A DNA stretch of 64,000 nucleotides from Acidobacteriota bacterium (GTDB lineage Bacteria > Acidobacteriota > Thermoanaerobaculia > Multivoradales > J023). This document shows positions 44,806 through 54,235 of this stretch, in pieces. The stretch covers positions 1,638-65,637 of the forward strand of contig JAJCXO010000036.1 in the NCBI GenBank assembly GCA_029263395.1. Direction: 5' to 3'. Position 1 is the stretch's first letter. Every line of letters begins with the position of its first letter. The notes beneath the pieces were generated by a model. That model did no database searches, was not told where the DNA came from, and was given only the letters and a program-made list of their open reading frames with translations. A program made the position numbers and the translations under genes.

Positions 44806-47800
44806 TCATGGCTGCCCCAGATCACTGAGGTGGTGCAAGATCTGCTCTTTGGCAGTCCGGACTGACCCTTCGTCCAGGTGCGGATCCGGAGTTTGGTGGA
44901 CTGTGAACGGACCTTGAAAATAGGGACGCCAAGTTGCCGCAGCATCAGTTGCGGGCTCCCGAGCGTTGAAGATGACCGTCGGCGTGCGAAGGATACCGGG
45001 TTGGTAGTGGGAGTGGAGACGAAACCGCTCCAACCGCACATCAGCGTGGAGAATCTGCGCCGTCAGCGGCAATCCGGCGAGGCCGCGTAGCCGCCCGATC
45101 CAACACAGCAGCCGACGCCACGGCTGGATCGCAAGGTATCGCCAGAGACGCTGGTAGGCACGCCGAGTGAGTGGATGGTTGTCACGGGCAAACCGTTGGA
45201 TCGCCTGTCCGAGAGACAGCTCTTCGACCGGTTGACGCAGGCCATCGATCTGCAGACGGCAGGGGCCGAAGCGATAGAAGTCGACCGGCATCGGCGCAAT
45301 CAAGATCAGGCGTTCCACCGGGATCCCACGCTCCTCCATCAGGCGAACCGCTTCGACCGCCATGGTGGCGCCGAAAGAATAACCCGCCATGATGATCGCT
45401 TGGTTGGGAAAACGGCGACAGACTTCTTGCACCAACTCGTCACCCAGCTCTCGCATCGTCCGCCATCGACCCCGGTTGCCCTCCGGTCGCAGGCTGACCC
45501 CACGCAGGCCATACACCGGCCGCTCACCGCGGAATCGGGTTGCAACCATCTCCGAAAAGAAGTGGGGCACGCAAAAGAGAAACGGCGTCTGCCGTCCTCC
45601 CGGCTGGATCGGAAAGAGATGCGAATAGGTGGGTGCTCCGGAATCGCTGCGCTGCTCGATCCGCTGAGCCAACTCTCGCACCGTCGGATGCTGAAAAACC
45701 TCCGCTGGCGCCAACACGGCTCCGAAGTCTCGCTCGATGGCGGTCGTCATCTCGACAACGAGCAGCGAATGCCCACCGAGTTGAAAGAAGTTGTCGGAGG
45801 AGCGGATTCCGGGCCGTCCCAGCAACCCCTCCCACAGTGAGATTAATGCCTGCTCACGTTCGTCGAGCACTGGAGGATCGGAGGTCTGCAACCCCTCCAC
45901 AAGTGTCGCCTCGGGGTCCAAAACCATTTTGCGGAGCCGGTTGCGATCAACCTTGCCGTTCGGCAAAGTCGGCAACTCAGCAAGCTCGACGAGTCGAGCC
46001 GGGACCATAAAGTCCGGCAGACGTTGGGCCAACCGTTCCCGCCAGGACTCCGCGACGGTTGCAGTCGGAACCGTATTGGGCGGCACCGTTACGGGCACCT
46101 CGACAAACGCGACCAACTGAGTTCCCTCACGCACTACAACAGCAGCCTTCTCGACTTCGGGGAGTTCAAGCAGGACTGCTTCGATCTCACCAGGTTCGAT
46201 GCGAAAGCCACGCAGCTTGATCTGGTCGTCGACGCGCCCCAGGAACAGCAATCTTCCATCGTCCGTCCAACAGAGGCGGTCGCCAGTGCGGTACATCCGG
46301 ACGTCTGGTTCGGCTCTCGGACCCGGTTCAATGGGACGTCTGAGGAAACGTTCGTCGGTCAGGTCTTGGCGTCGCCAGTAGCCCTCGGCTAGGGTTGGTC
46401 CAGAGATCCAGCCTTGGCCTGGAATTCCAGCCGGTACCCGGCGCCCCATCCCATCCAACACGTCAACTCGCACGCCGGGTATCGGACCACCGATCGCAAC
46501 GGAGCGTCCGGCATCTTCAGGTTTGATCTCGTGCACCGTCGCCCATACCGTCGCTTCGGTTGGCCCGTACTCGTTGTACAGGCGAGTTTGTGGAAGCTGT
46601 TGGAAATGCGCTTCGACTAGCGACGGAGGACAGCTTTCACCGGCGACAATCACCGTGTCGAGCCCCTGCAATTGCTCTGTCCCCATGTCCAACAGGTGGC
46701 TGTAGAGTGATGGCACACAGAGCAGGCTGGTAACCTCGGCTTCGATAATCAGCTGCGCTAGACGACGCGGGTCGCCCGCTTCCTCATCGGTTGGAATGAC
46801 CAGTGCCCCGCCCGTCGCCAGCGTCCAGAAGAGCCCCGCAACCGAACTGTCAAAAGCGATGCTCGACAACAACAAGAAACGCTTCGGCGGCGTGTTATAC
46901 ACCTGGGAACGCGCCCCGTTCGAGACGCTCAAGTTGCCGTGCGTAATCACGACCCCCTTGGGGCGCCCGGTCGAACCCGAGGTGTAGAGGATGTAGGCTG
47001 GATGCTTAGCCTGCAGGTCAGGTCCTAGGATGCCCTCCGTCGATTTGTCCTCCAAGCTGCCGACCGCGAGGGTGTCGACGTCAATGATGAACGGTACCTG
47101 AGTAGGCAACCGATCATGCAGAGCGGAACTGGTGAGGACGGCTACCACTTCGGCATCCTCGAGGACGTCTCGATTCCTGGCCGACGGATACGCCGGGTCC
47201 AGTGGCACATAGGCAGCACCTGCCCAGTGGCTGCCGAGGAGACCGGCAATCATCCACGGCGAGCGATCGAGAAACAGCCCCACTCGGTCCCCGGGCTGTA
47301 CGCCGCGATGGGTCAACTCACGAGCAATACAGCGTGCGATGCGGGCCAACTCGGCATAACTCCAGTGTTCATCACCGCTGATCACCGCCGAAGCCCGTGG
47401 CAAACGAAGGGCTTGGGCACGAATCTGCTGCGGCAGGAACGAATCCTCGGTCTCGGTTGTGGGTGCCCCTTGCGCCCAATCGCGCAGCACGCCAGCCTCC
47501 TCCAGAGGCAGCATCGGCACCTCAGCCGTCTGTCGCTCGAGATCGTCCGCCAGATGCTCGATCAGGGTTTGGTAGTGACCGAGCAGATTCTGCATCCAGA
47601 CTTCGTCGAAACGATCCGTACGATACTCGACCGCAATCTCGAGCGAAGGTGCACCCTCCGTCTCGGGGCGCTCGGTAACGGACCGTTCGGTTACAAACAG
47701 GGTCAGATCAAACTTCGACTCGCCTAGATCCAAGGTGATCGGTTCGAGTCGAACCCCTCCCATCTCCGGCGATGGTGGCGTCTCTTGGTAGACGAACATC

Positions 47801-49026
47801 GTTTGAAAGATGGGGTGCCGATCGTGTTGGCGGGTCGGCGACAACTCCTCGACCAGCAGATCGAAGGGGACTGAGCCATGGGTCAGAAAGTCTCTCATTC
47901 GGCGACTGAAGGCGCGGATTGCCTGGTCAACGGGCCGCTGTTCGTCGATCAGCGCACAGATCACCACCGGATTCAGGAAATACCCAATCATTGCGGCGGT
48001 GGCGGGATGCGAGCGTTGCGACACCGGTGTGGCAAAGGCGACGTTTCGCCCCTCCGTGTAACGATGTAGGAGCAATCGGAACAGGAAGGCAAACACGATG
48101 AATGGCGTCGTCTCGGTGGCGGCGGCAACTTGTCGGATCTGCCGTTGCTCCTCGGCTCCGAGAAGCCGAGTCATCAGACGCCCTGGTGGCACAACCTCGT
48201 CTAGCCCTTTGGCCGTCGTGCTGGCCACACGTTCGAAAGGAAGCATCGAAGCCTCGGGCATGGGCTCTAGCTGGTGTTGCCAATAGGCGAGCTCCGTTGG
48301 CCGTGATGGTGCCGCTTGCCCGGCCAGCCAAAACACGTAGTCGTCATATTGCGGTAGCTCTGCAACCTCGGTCGATCGGCCGTCATACTCCGCGGCCAAT
48401 TCCTGCCAGAGGAAGCCGAGCGACCTCTCGTCAGCGAGGATGTGATGGAGGACGAGGACCAACAGGCGCTCCCCAGACGTCGCCTCGATCAGCACACATC
48501 GGATCAGTGGCCCTGTTTCGAGATCGAAGGGCCTGCGGACCTCAGCGACAGCTCTGGCCAAAACTTTGTGCTGCCCTGGCGCCCGCGATTCGACAGTGAT
48601 CGTCTCCACCGTCAACGGACGATGGGGATTCATGACCTGCAACACTCGGTCCTGTTGCGCACGAAACGTTGACCGCAACAGGCGATGACGCGCCACAACG
48701 TGATTCAGACTGCGCTCGAACCCGGACACGTCGAAAGAGCCCGAGACGCGAAACGCGCTGGCGAGATTGTAAGCGGGTGAGGCCGGTTCCAGCTGGTGCA
48801 GCAGCCAAAGGCTACGCTGTAGCTCGCCGAGGACTGCGTCCGAAGCTTCAGGCCGGGACGGAAGCGCTGCAGTGCCTTGTTGAGTCACCGCACCAGATGG
48901 ACCGGAGCCTTGCTGCGTCCGTGAGCGTGCTGCAGCCCGCTTCAATCGGATAGCCTGCTGCAGCCGCTCGGTGCGGCTAGCTTGGTTTTCGGTGGTCACT
49001 TCAAGTCCTTCGAAAGGATTGGCCAT
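44806..49026 (-). CDS. NRPS module C-A-T-TE
   Basis: The C domain has HHILADERS. The A domain has AYILYTSGSTGRPKG, NEYGPTEA, YRTGDRL, GRVDDQIKLRGFRIEPGEIE, LPDFMVPA and LPNGKVDR. The T domain has FFQLGGHSL. The TE domain has MAGYSFGA. Confidence 0.9.
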   Translation of the reverse strand: MANPFEGLEVTTENQASRTERLQQAIRLKRAAARSRTQQGSGPSGAVTQQGTAALPSRPEASDAVLGELQRSLWLLHQLEPASPAYNLASAFRVSGSFDVSGFERSLNHVVARHRLLRSTFRAQQDRVLQVMNPHRPLTVETITVESRAPGQHKVLARAVAEVRRPFDLETGPLIRCVLIEATSGERLLVLVLHHILADERSLGFLWQELAAEYDGRSTEVAELPQYDDYVFWLAGQAAPSRPTELAYWQHQLEPMPEASMLPFERVASTTAKGLDEVVPPGRLMTRLLGAEEQRQIRQVAAATETTPFIVFAFLFRLLLHRYTEGRNVAFATPVSQRSHPATAAMIGYFLNPVVICALIDEQRPVDQAIRAFSRRMRDFLTHGSVPFDLLVEELSPTRQHDRHPIFQTMFVYQETPPSPEMGGVRLEPITLDLGESKFDLTLFVTERSVTERPETEGAPSLEIAVEYRTDRFDEVWMQNLLGHYQTLIEHLADDLERQTAEVPMLPLEEAGVLRDWAQGAPTTETEDSFLPQQIRAQALRLPRASAVISGDEHWSYAELARIARCIARELTHRGVQPGDRVGLFLDRSPWMIAGLLGSHWAGAAYVPLDPAYPSARNRDVLEDAEVVAVLTSSALHDRLPTQVPFIIDVDTLAVGSLEDKSTEGILGPDLQAKHPAYILYTSGSTGRPKGVVITHGNLSVSNGARSQVYNTPPKRFLLLSSIAFDSSVAGLFWTLATGGALVIPTDEEAGDPRRLAQLIIEAEVTSLLCVPSLYSHLLDMGTEQLQGLDTVIVAGESCPPSLVEAHFQQLPQTRLYNEYGPTEATVWATVHEIKPEDAGRSVAIGGPIPGVRVDVLDGMGRRVPAGIPGQGWISGPTLAEGYWRRQDLTDERFLRRPIEPGPRAEPDVRMYRTGDRLCWTDDGRLLFLGRVDDQIKLRGFRIEPGEIEAVLLELPEVEKAAVVVREGTQLVAFVEVPVTVPPNTVPTATVAESWRERLAQRLPDFMVPARLVELAELPTLPNGKVDRNRLRKMVLDPEATLVEGLQTSDPPVLDEREQALISLWEGLLGRPGIRSSDNFFQLGGHSLLVVEMTTAIERDFGAVLAPAEVFQHPTVRELAQRIEQRSDSGAPTYSHLFPIQPGGRQTPFLFCVPHFFSEMVATRFRGERPVYGLRGVSLRPEGNRGRWRTMRELGDELVQEVCRRFPNQAIIMAGYSFGATMAVEAVRLMEERGIPVERLILIAPMPVDFYRFGPCRLQIDGLRQPVEELSLGQAIQRFARDNHPLTRRAYQRLWRYLAIQPWRRLLCWIGRLRGLAGLPLTAQILHADVRLERFRLHSHYQPGILRTPTVIFNAREPATDAAATWRPYFQGPFTVHQTPDPHLDEGSVRTAKEQILHHLSDLGQP

Positions 49027-49067
49027 CCAGACGCATTCTGTTGACGATTCTAATGAGTCTCGTCCAA

Positions 49068-49232
49068 GACCGTGGTTGTCCGGTCGCCCCCGGTGGACTG
49101 CGCGCGCAGCTGCGTAACTCGTCTCGGCGCTTTAGTGTCCGCCAAACCTATTGGTTACAATAGTTTGGAGAGCGACGGTCTATTCTCTTGCTCATACATA
49201 CTCGCTGCGTGCTCGCTCCACAGGGGGCTCCC
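49068..49232 (+). repeat. copy 2 of the ~165-bp conserved intergenic element
   Basis: See copy 1. The element contains the palindrome CTGCGCGCGCAG, the dyad CCAAAC-C-TATTG-GTTA-CAATA-GTTTGG and a TACAAT hexamer. Confidence 0.9.
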
Positions 49233-49354
49233 TCCCCGAGCCGGAAATGGCGAATCTGGGGATGGCTCAAATTTGATGGTGACTGGTCCTATCGGAACGC
49301 TTGGCGATGTTACGATCACCGACCGATGCGATGAGCGCCCCGCCACACACCCCA

Positions 49355-50530
49355 ATGCGAATTCTAGAGATCGAAACCTTCGGTCGCGGTGGACTCACGC
49401 ATTATGCCTACAATCTGTCGAGGGCGCTGGCCGAGCGTGGCCATCAGGTCACCATGGTGACCGCTGCTGCCTTTGAGCTCGAAGGGCGACCCGACCAGCC
49501 CAACGTCGAGATCATCACAACGATTGCACGCGGCAGCCATCGGCTGAGACGCCTACCATGGGTGCAGAAGATATTCCGCAAGTTCGAAGCCATCTTCGAC
49601 GCCCTGGCCGTGACCAGGTTGGCGCACCGTCTCCGCCCAGACGTGATTCATATCCACTGCACCAATCCGATTGTGCTGGTCTACCTCAGTGCCTTGCAGA
49701 GACTGGGACACCCCCTGGTTGCCACTGCCCACGTCGTGACACCCCATGAGCGGATCCGCTGGCAAAAGGTCATCTACCGACGCATCCACAAGCTCGGCCA
49801 ACTGATCATCGCCCACTCACAATTCGACCAGCAACGTTTGCTGCAGGAATTCTCCGTCGACGCGAAGCGGGTGACGGTGATTCCCCATGGCGAATACAGT
49901 TTCTTCGAGGGCGGCGGGGAAAAGACCGATCGCAGAGCGGCTCGGGAAAGCCTTGGCCTCGAACCACAGGATAAGGTTGCATTGTTCTTCGGCTACATCC
50001 GAGAGTACAAAGGCCTCGATGTGCTGTTCGAAGCCTGGTCCACGGTTGCGGAGGCGCAGCCAGCAGCACGCCTCGTCGTCGCTGGCGATCCAGTTCAACT
50101 CGGTGCGGAGCGACGTGACGAGTTGGAGCGCTGGGCGACAGACCTGGGGGCAATCCATCACTTCGGCTACATCCCTTTTTCTGAGGTAGCACAGTACTTC
50201 GCGGCCGCCGACGTGCTTGTCATGCCGTATCGCCACATCAGCCAGTCCGGCGTGCTGTACCTCGCGCTGTCGCTCGGCGTACCCGTCGTCGCCACCCGGG
50301 TGGGAGCACTGCCGGAGATGTTGCAAGATGGCGACAGCGCACTCCTGGTACAGCCGGAATCACCCCGTGCTCTCGCACAAGCTTTGATCCGGGCACTCGG
50401 TGATGCCAGCCTGCGACTTCGACTAGCCCAGGGCGGCCTACGAGTTGCAGAAGAACACTCCTGGCCGTCGATCGCTGAACAGACCGAAGGTGCATTCAGA
50501 AAGCTCGTCGATCAGCGAGACAACACCTGA
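49355..50530 (+). CDS. family 4 (group 1) glycosyltransferase
   Basis: MRILEIETFGRGGLTHYAYNLSRALAERGHQV is a typical GT4 N-terminus, so I prefer ATG 49355 to the ORF-track start at 49301. The C-terminal region has PYRHISQSGVLYLALSLGVPVVAT. Confidence 0.8.
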   Translation: MRILEIETFGRGGLTHYAYNLSRALAERGHQVTMVTAAAFELEGRPDQPNVEIITTIARGSHRLRRLPWVQKIFRKFEAIFDALAVTRLAHRLRPDVIHIHCTNPIVLVYLSALQRLGHPLVATAHVVTPHERIRWQKVIYRRIHKLGQLIIAHSQFDQQRLLQEFSVDAKRVTVIPHGEYSFFEGGGEKTDRRAARESLGLEPQDKVALFFGYIREYKGLDVLFEAWSTVAEAQPAARLVVAGDPVQLGAERRDELERWATDLGAIHHFGYIPFSEVAQYFAAADVLVMPYRHISQSGVLYLALSLGVPVVATRVGALPEMLQDGDSALLVQPESPRALAQALIRALGDASLRLRLAQGGLRVAEEHSWPSIAEQTEGAFRKLVDQRDNT

Positions 50531-52056
50531 AGCAATCGCCGTTCGATACCCGCCGGCCGCCCCTCAGATCGCCAGATCGTGTATTGGATGGTGCAGAAGA
50601 CCACACCGCCCACGCCGATCTTAGTCACCAAAGCCAGCCAGGAGCCGGCAGCTGAGAACAACTCGAGGGATTGGATCCCGCCGAGCGCCATGACAGCAAT
50701 TACCATCAGCATGGCAGCAATCAGGGGACGTCTGAGCTGCCGCAGAATATCGCCCAGCGATATATCGAGGGTCCGTTTCAGCAACCAGACGTTCAAGTAC
50801 GAGTAGAAAAACCCGGCCAAAACGATGCTACCGATCGCCCCTACCAACCCGAAGAAGATCGTGCCGACGATGAACGCCGGAATGTGGATCAAGGCGTAGA
50901 CAACGCTGACCTGAAACAGCAGCCGGGTTCTTCCCAAAGCCATGACGCACGGCAACGTCATCGACAGTGTACCGCGCAGCCCTAGAAACGGCACCAGAAT
51001 CGTCAGCAACAACACAATCGGCTGCCACTGCTCACCAAGCGCCAAAGGCACCACGTCGTTGGCGACCAGAGCGAAGCCAAAACCGGCAGGTAGGCTGAGA
51101 CTGCCGAGCACATTGACCGACTCACAGACCACCCGTCGCAACCTTGCTGGGTCGTCCGCAATTTCGCTGAAGGACGGAAACAGAATCCGCTGCAGCGGGC
51201 TCACCAACTCCCTGGTGGGCAGGACTCCGACTCGCTGGGTCATGAAGTACAGCCCGGCGTCGGCGATGCCGAGTAAACGGCCGACGATGATCTTGTCGGT
51301 TTCCATCGACAACGTCGTGACGATGGTCGTCAACGACATCCAGCCACTGAAGGCAAAAATCTCCGAGGATCGAGCAAACGATAGGCCGGGACGGTAGGGC
51401 CGCAGGGCATAACTCAACAGCAAGCTAGCCAGCGAGCCAACGAGGATCCCAATCACCAGCGCCCAATGCGTGCGATAAAAGACGGCGATGACCAAGGTCA
51501 CGCAGAACGCGACGAGTTTGGCGCCGAGAGTCAGCCAGGCCAGTTTGGAATAGACCAGGTTGCGCTCGAACGTGACAAACCGGGGATTGGACAAGCCCTT
51601 CAGCAGCGGACTCCAGGCCAACACGAACAACACCGCAGCAATCCGAGCATCGGTCAAGAGCACAGCGATCAAGACCATGACCAGTGCTGACAGGAGTCCA
51701 CGCAGGGCGGACAACGTCCACGCGCTGTTATAAAGCGAGCGATCTACGTCGTGTTGGCTCCCCTCCTTTGTGGGGACATCTTCCCGGATTCGAATCAACG
51801 CTTTGTTGACATCGAAGTCACTGAGGCCATCGACGATAGCCACGATGGAGGCGGCAATGGCTACCAAGCCAAAGTCTTCCGGGGCCAGCAGACGCGCCAA
51901 CACGACAATCGAGATCAGATCGAGTAAACGCTCCCCCCAGCGGTAGGTGTAAAGCCAGCCAGCGCCAGTCGCCACCCGTTTGGCGGTATCGCGTTCGACA
52001 GTACCGCGTTCGACAGTGTCGCGTTTGGCAGTATCGCGTTCGGCGGTATCAGTCAT
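50512..52056 (-). CDS. polysaccharide biosynthesis/export protein (Wzx-like flippase, MOP superfamily)
   Basis: There are about 12-14 TM segments. ISIVVLARLLAPEDFGLVAIA is typical of Polysacc_synt-type flippases. The N-terminal tail has pentapeptide repeats. Confidence 0.7.
   Translation of the reverse strand: MTDTAERDTAKRDTVERGTVERDTAKRVATGAGWLYTYRWGERLLDLISIVVLARLLAPEDFGLVAIAASIVAIVDGLSDFDVNKALIRIREDVPTKEGSQHDVDRSLYNSAWTLSALRGLLSALVMVLIAVLLTDARIAAVLFVLAWSPLLKGLSNPRFVTFERNLVYSKLAWLTLGAKLVAFCVTLVIAVFYRTHWALVIGILVGSLASLLLSYALRPYRPGLSFARSSEIFAFSGWMSLTTIVTTLSMETDKIIVGRLLGIADAGLYFMTQRVGVLPTRELVSPLQRILFPSFSEIADDPARLRRVVCESVNVLGSLSLPAGFGFALVANDVVPLALGEQWQPIVLLLTILVPFLGLRGTLSMTLPCVMALGRTRLLFQVSVVYALIHIPAFIVGTIFFGLVGAIGSIVLAGFFYSYLNVWLLKRTLDISLGDILRQLRRPLIAAMLMVIAVMALGGIQSLELFSAAGSWLALVTKIGVGGVVFCTIQYTIWRSEGRPAGIERRLLQVLSR
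51979..52053 (-). repeat. in-frame 15-bp x 5 tandem repeat at the 5' end of the flippase gene
   Basis: Plus strand: TTTGGCGGTATCGCG, TTCGACAGTACCGCG, TTCGACAGTGTCGCG, TTTGGCAGTATCGCG, TTCGGCGGTATCAGT. The protein reads TDTAE RDTAK RDTVE RGTVE RDTAK. Confidence 0.85.
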
Positions 52057-53414
52057 GGGCTGGTCTGTTGACGAGCTTGATCGAGCAGCCGCTCGACGGC
52101 CCGCTCCGCAACTCGATCCTCAGAATAGGCCGCGTAACGTGTGCACAGCTGCTGAACGTTGCGGGCAAACCGTGGCTCTTTCAGCAGGCGCTCGATCTGC
52201 TCACCGATAGCTTGTGAGCTATCTCGTTGACGATCACCGGCGATACCGAGTTGGTGGTGCTCTACCCGCGAGGTGTTTCCAGCCATGTCCGTGTGATGGC
52301 CACAGTAGATGAGCATCGGAACGCCAGAGAGCACACATTCATCGATTGTGTTGATGCCGCCATGCGTGACCGCAACGTCAGCATGTCGCAACACCTCGAG
52401 TTGGGGCACCCAGTCGAAGGCAGTGATATGTGCCGGCAACTGACCCAACTCTGCCAGATCGACACGGCCACCGAGGGATATCACAAGATCCCAATCATCG
52501 CGAGCTTGCACCGCCTCGATCAACCGCCGAAGGAGGCCTAGATCGGTCGAAAAGAAAGACCCGAACCCGGCATAAATCAACGCCCGTTGGCTCTTTCGAC
52601 GACGCTCGAAGAGCATGTCCAATTTGGCATGGACGGTGTCGTCAACGCGTGGGTCGTTGCGGGTTTCGAGCAACATCGGTCCGACATAACGCACCCGTTC
52701 AGGCGGACGATGGGGAAATTCAAACTCCTGGGCATGGAGGCTCAACACCGGTAACCGTCGGTAGGTCAGTGGCATGAGCCATTGGCTATTATCGGTTTCG
52801 CGACGAAAGTCGAAACCGTTGTCCCGTGCCAACTGGCGCAGCAGCGACAGGCGATCACACCCGACACGTTGCACCTTGTGCATCAGCGCTCTGCGCCGCT
52901 TCTCGAGCCAAAGCGCTTGCCATAAACACCATATCCCGATCTGGGTGCCCTTCCAGCCGACACCGGGACGCACCAGGTAGTGTGGAGGAGGCAAACCGGG
53001 TTGCCGCCAGATCGAGACGAAACTGTTCAACAGGGCCATCGGTACACCGCAAGCTGCTACCGCAATGATGTGCTCGTGCATCTCTCCGTCAATCAGGATG
53101 AGATCGGGGGCCCTCGAATGGACCGTTCTGAGTAAGCCGGAGACAGCTAGTGAATCCAAGGCTCGTGTCCGTCGAGCCCTCAGATGACGTAACCGCTGCA
53201 CCTGTCCGGTCTTGGTGTCGGTGGCAAGAAACTCGTCATAGCGGCTGGTCTCCAGAGCCATGAACTCGAGACCCTGTGCCTCGACGGTTGCGCGAGCCTC
53301 GGAGAAACTGGCGTAGGTCACCCGGTGCCCAGCCAGCGCTAAACGGCGAGCCAACTCGACCCCCGCGAAGAGTACGCCAGGTACCGTGCTCGTCACGCAG
53401 AAGATCGTCGCCAT
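52053..53414 (-). CDS. GT1-family (MGT/UDP-glycosyltransferase-like) glycosyltransferase
   Basis: The C-terminal donor-binding block THGGINTIDECVLSGVPMLIYCGHHTDMAGNTSRVE is present. A 4-nt overlap (ATGA) with the downstream flippase gene suggests translational coupling. Confidence 0.65.
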   Translation of the reverse strand: MATIFCVTSTVPGVLFAGVELARRLALAGHRVTYASFSEARATVEAQGLEFMALETSRYDEFLATDTKTGQVQRLRHLRARRTRALDSLAVSGLLRTVHSRAPDLILIDGEMHEHIIAVAACGVPMALLNSFVSIWRQPGLPPPHYLVRPGVGWKGTQIGIWCLWQALWLEKRRRALMHKVQRVGCDRLSLLRQLARDNGFDFRRETDNSQWLMPLTYRRLPVLSLHAQEFEFPHRPPERVRYVGPMLLETRNDPRVDDTVHAKLDMLFERRRKSQRALIYAGFGSFFSTDLGLLRRLIEAVQARDDWDLVISLGGRVDLAELGQLPAHITAFDWVPQLEVLRHADVAVTHGGINTIDECVLSGVPMLIYCGHHTDMAGNTSRVEHHQLGIAGDRQRDSSQAIGEQIERLLKEPRFARNVQQLCTRYAAYSEDRVAERAVERLLDQARQQTSP

Positions 53415-53417
53415 ACT

Positions 53418-54197
53418 TCAATCGGGCGGATAGCCGAGTTGCTCAACCAACCCGGCATACCTGGTATCAAAAGCCTGCTTCACTCGGGGCGTAAAGTGCT
53501 TGCGCCACTGCCCGGAGGCCGGATTTCGCACATGAGGATCGGATGCAATCTTCCGGAACGAGTAGCGTTTGACGAACCAATGACCCAGGGTTCGCTCGAG
53601 GGACGACAAGTCATAAAAAGTGAACAGCTCGTCAAAAACTCGTGCCTCGTCACCCAGGATCTCTTCATAGCGGTAAGTCACGATGTCCGGGTGCTGAGAC
53701 GGCCAGTTAGCCATCGACTCGAAGTGGTATCGCCTAAACTCCAACTCTGCCAAGAGCCCGTCTTCTTCGGGGATCGATTGCAGGTAGCTCGCGAAGGAAG
53801 AGCCACCAGCTGAGCGAGCCCCTCCTTGGGCTTGTAAGCCCTCGGGCAAACAACCATTGGCAAAGTACCAATCCTCAGCGGTCGGCGCCTCGATGTTCAC
53901 CCACGCTTCGGCGCCGCGCCGGTGATAGTGGTAACCGGAGACGACAAGGTCTCGCGGATCGCGGACAAAACGTGACAGTCGGAACTGCCCCAACCGACTC
54001 AACTCCAGGGTTCGATTGTTGACCGAGGCGATGCGAAGCCGCTGGAAACTGTCGTAGAAGTCGTCGAGATGACTGTTGAAGTGCTGATAGCCCCTACTCC
54101 ACGGCAAGCAGCGGTTGAACACCGCATGCATGACGCGTTTGTAATAGACCGTCAAACACTTGTGGTACGAACAGTGGATGAGGTGAGTGTCGGTCAT
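53418..54197 (-). CDS. sulfotransferase-like protein
   Basis: VRDPRDLVVSGYHYH is a 3'-PB-like block. The N-terminal IHCSYHKCLTVYY occupies the position of the PAPS loop but is non-canonical. Confidence 0.45.
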   Translation of the reverse strand: MTDTHLIHCSYHKCLTVYYKRVMHAVFNRCLPWSRGYQHFNSHLDDFYDSFQRLRIASVNNRTLELSRLGQFRLSRFVRDPRDLVVSGYHYHRRGAEAWVNIEAPTAEDWYFANGCLPEGLQAQGGARSAGGSSFASYLQSIPEEDGLLAELEFRRYHFESMANWPSQHPDIVTYRYEEILGDEARVFDELFTFYDLSSLERTLGHWFVKRYSFRKIASDPHVRNPASGQWRKHFTPRVKQAFDTRYAGLVEQLGYPPD

Positions 54198-54235
54198 GCC
54201 GAGTCAGGAATCCCAGATCACGTTGGCCCCGACTG

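Noticed and set aside
49301-49354. The ORF-track start of the GT4 gene at 49301
   Set aside because: The canonical GT4 N-terminus (MRILEIETFGRGG) begins at ATG 49355. The extra 18 residues have no counterpart in the family as I know it.
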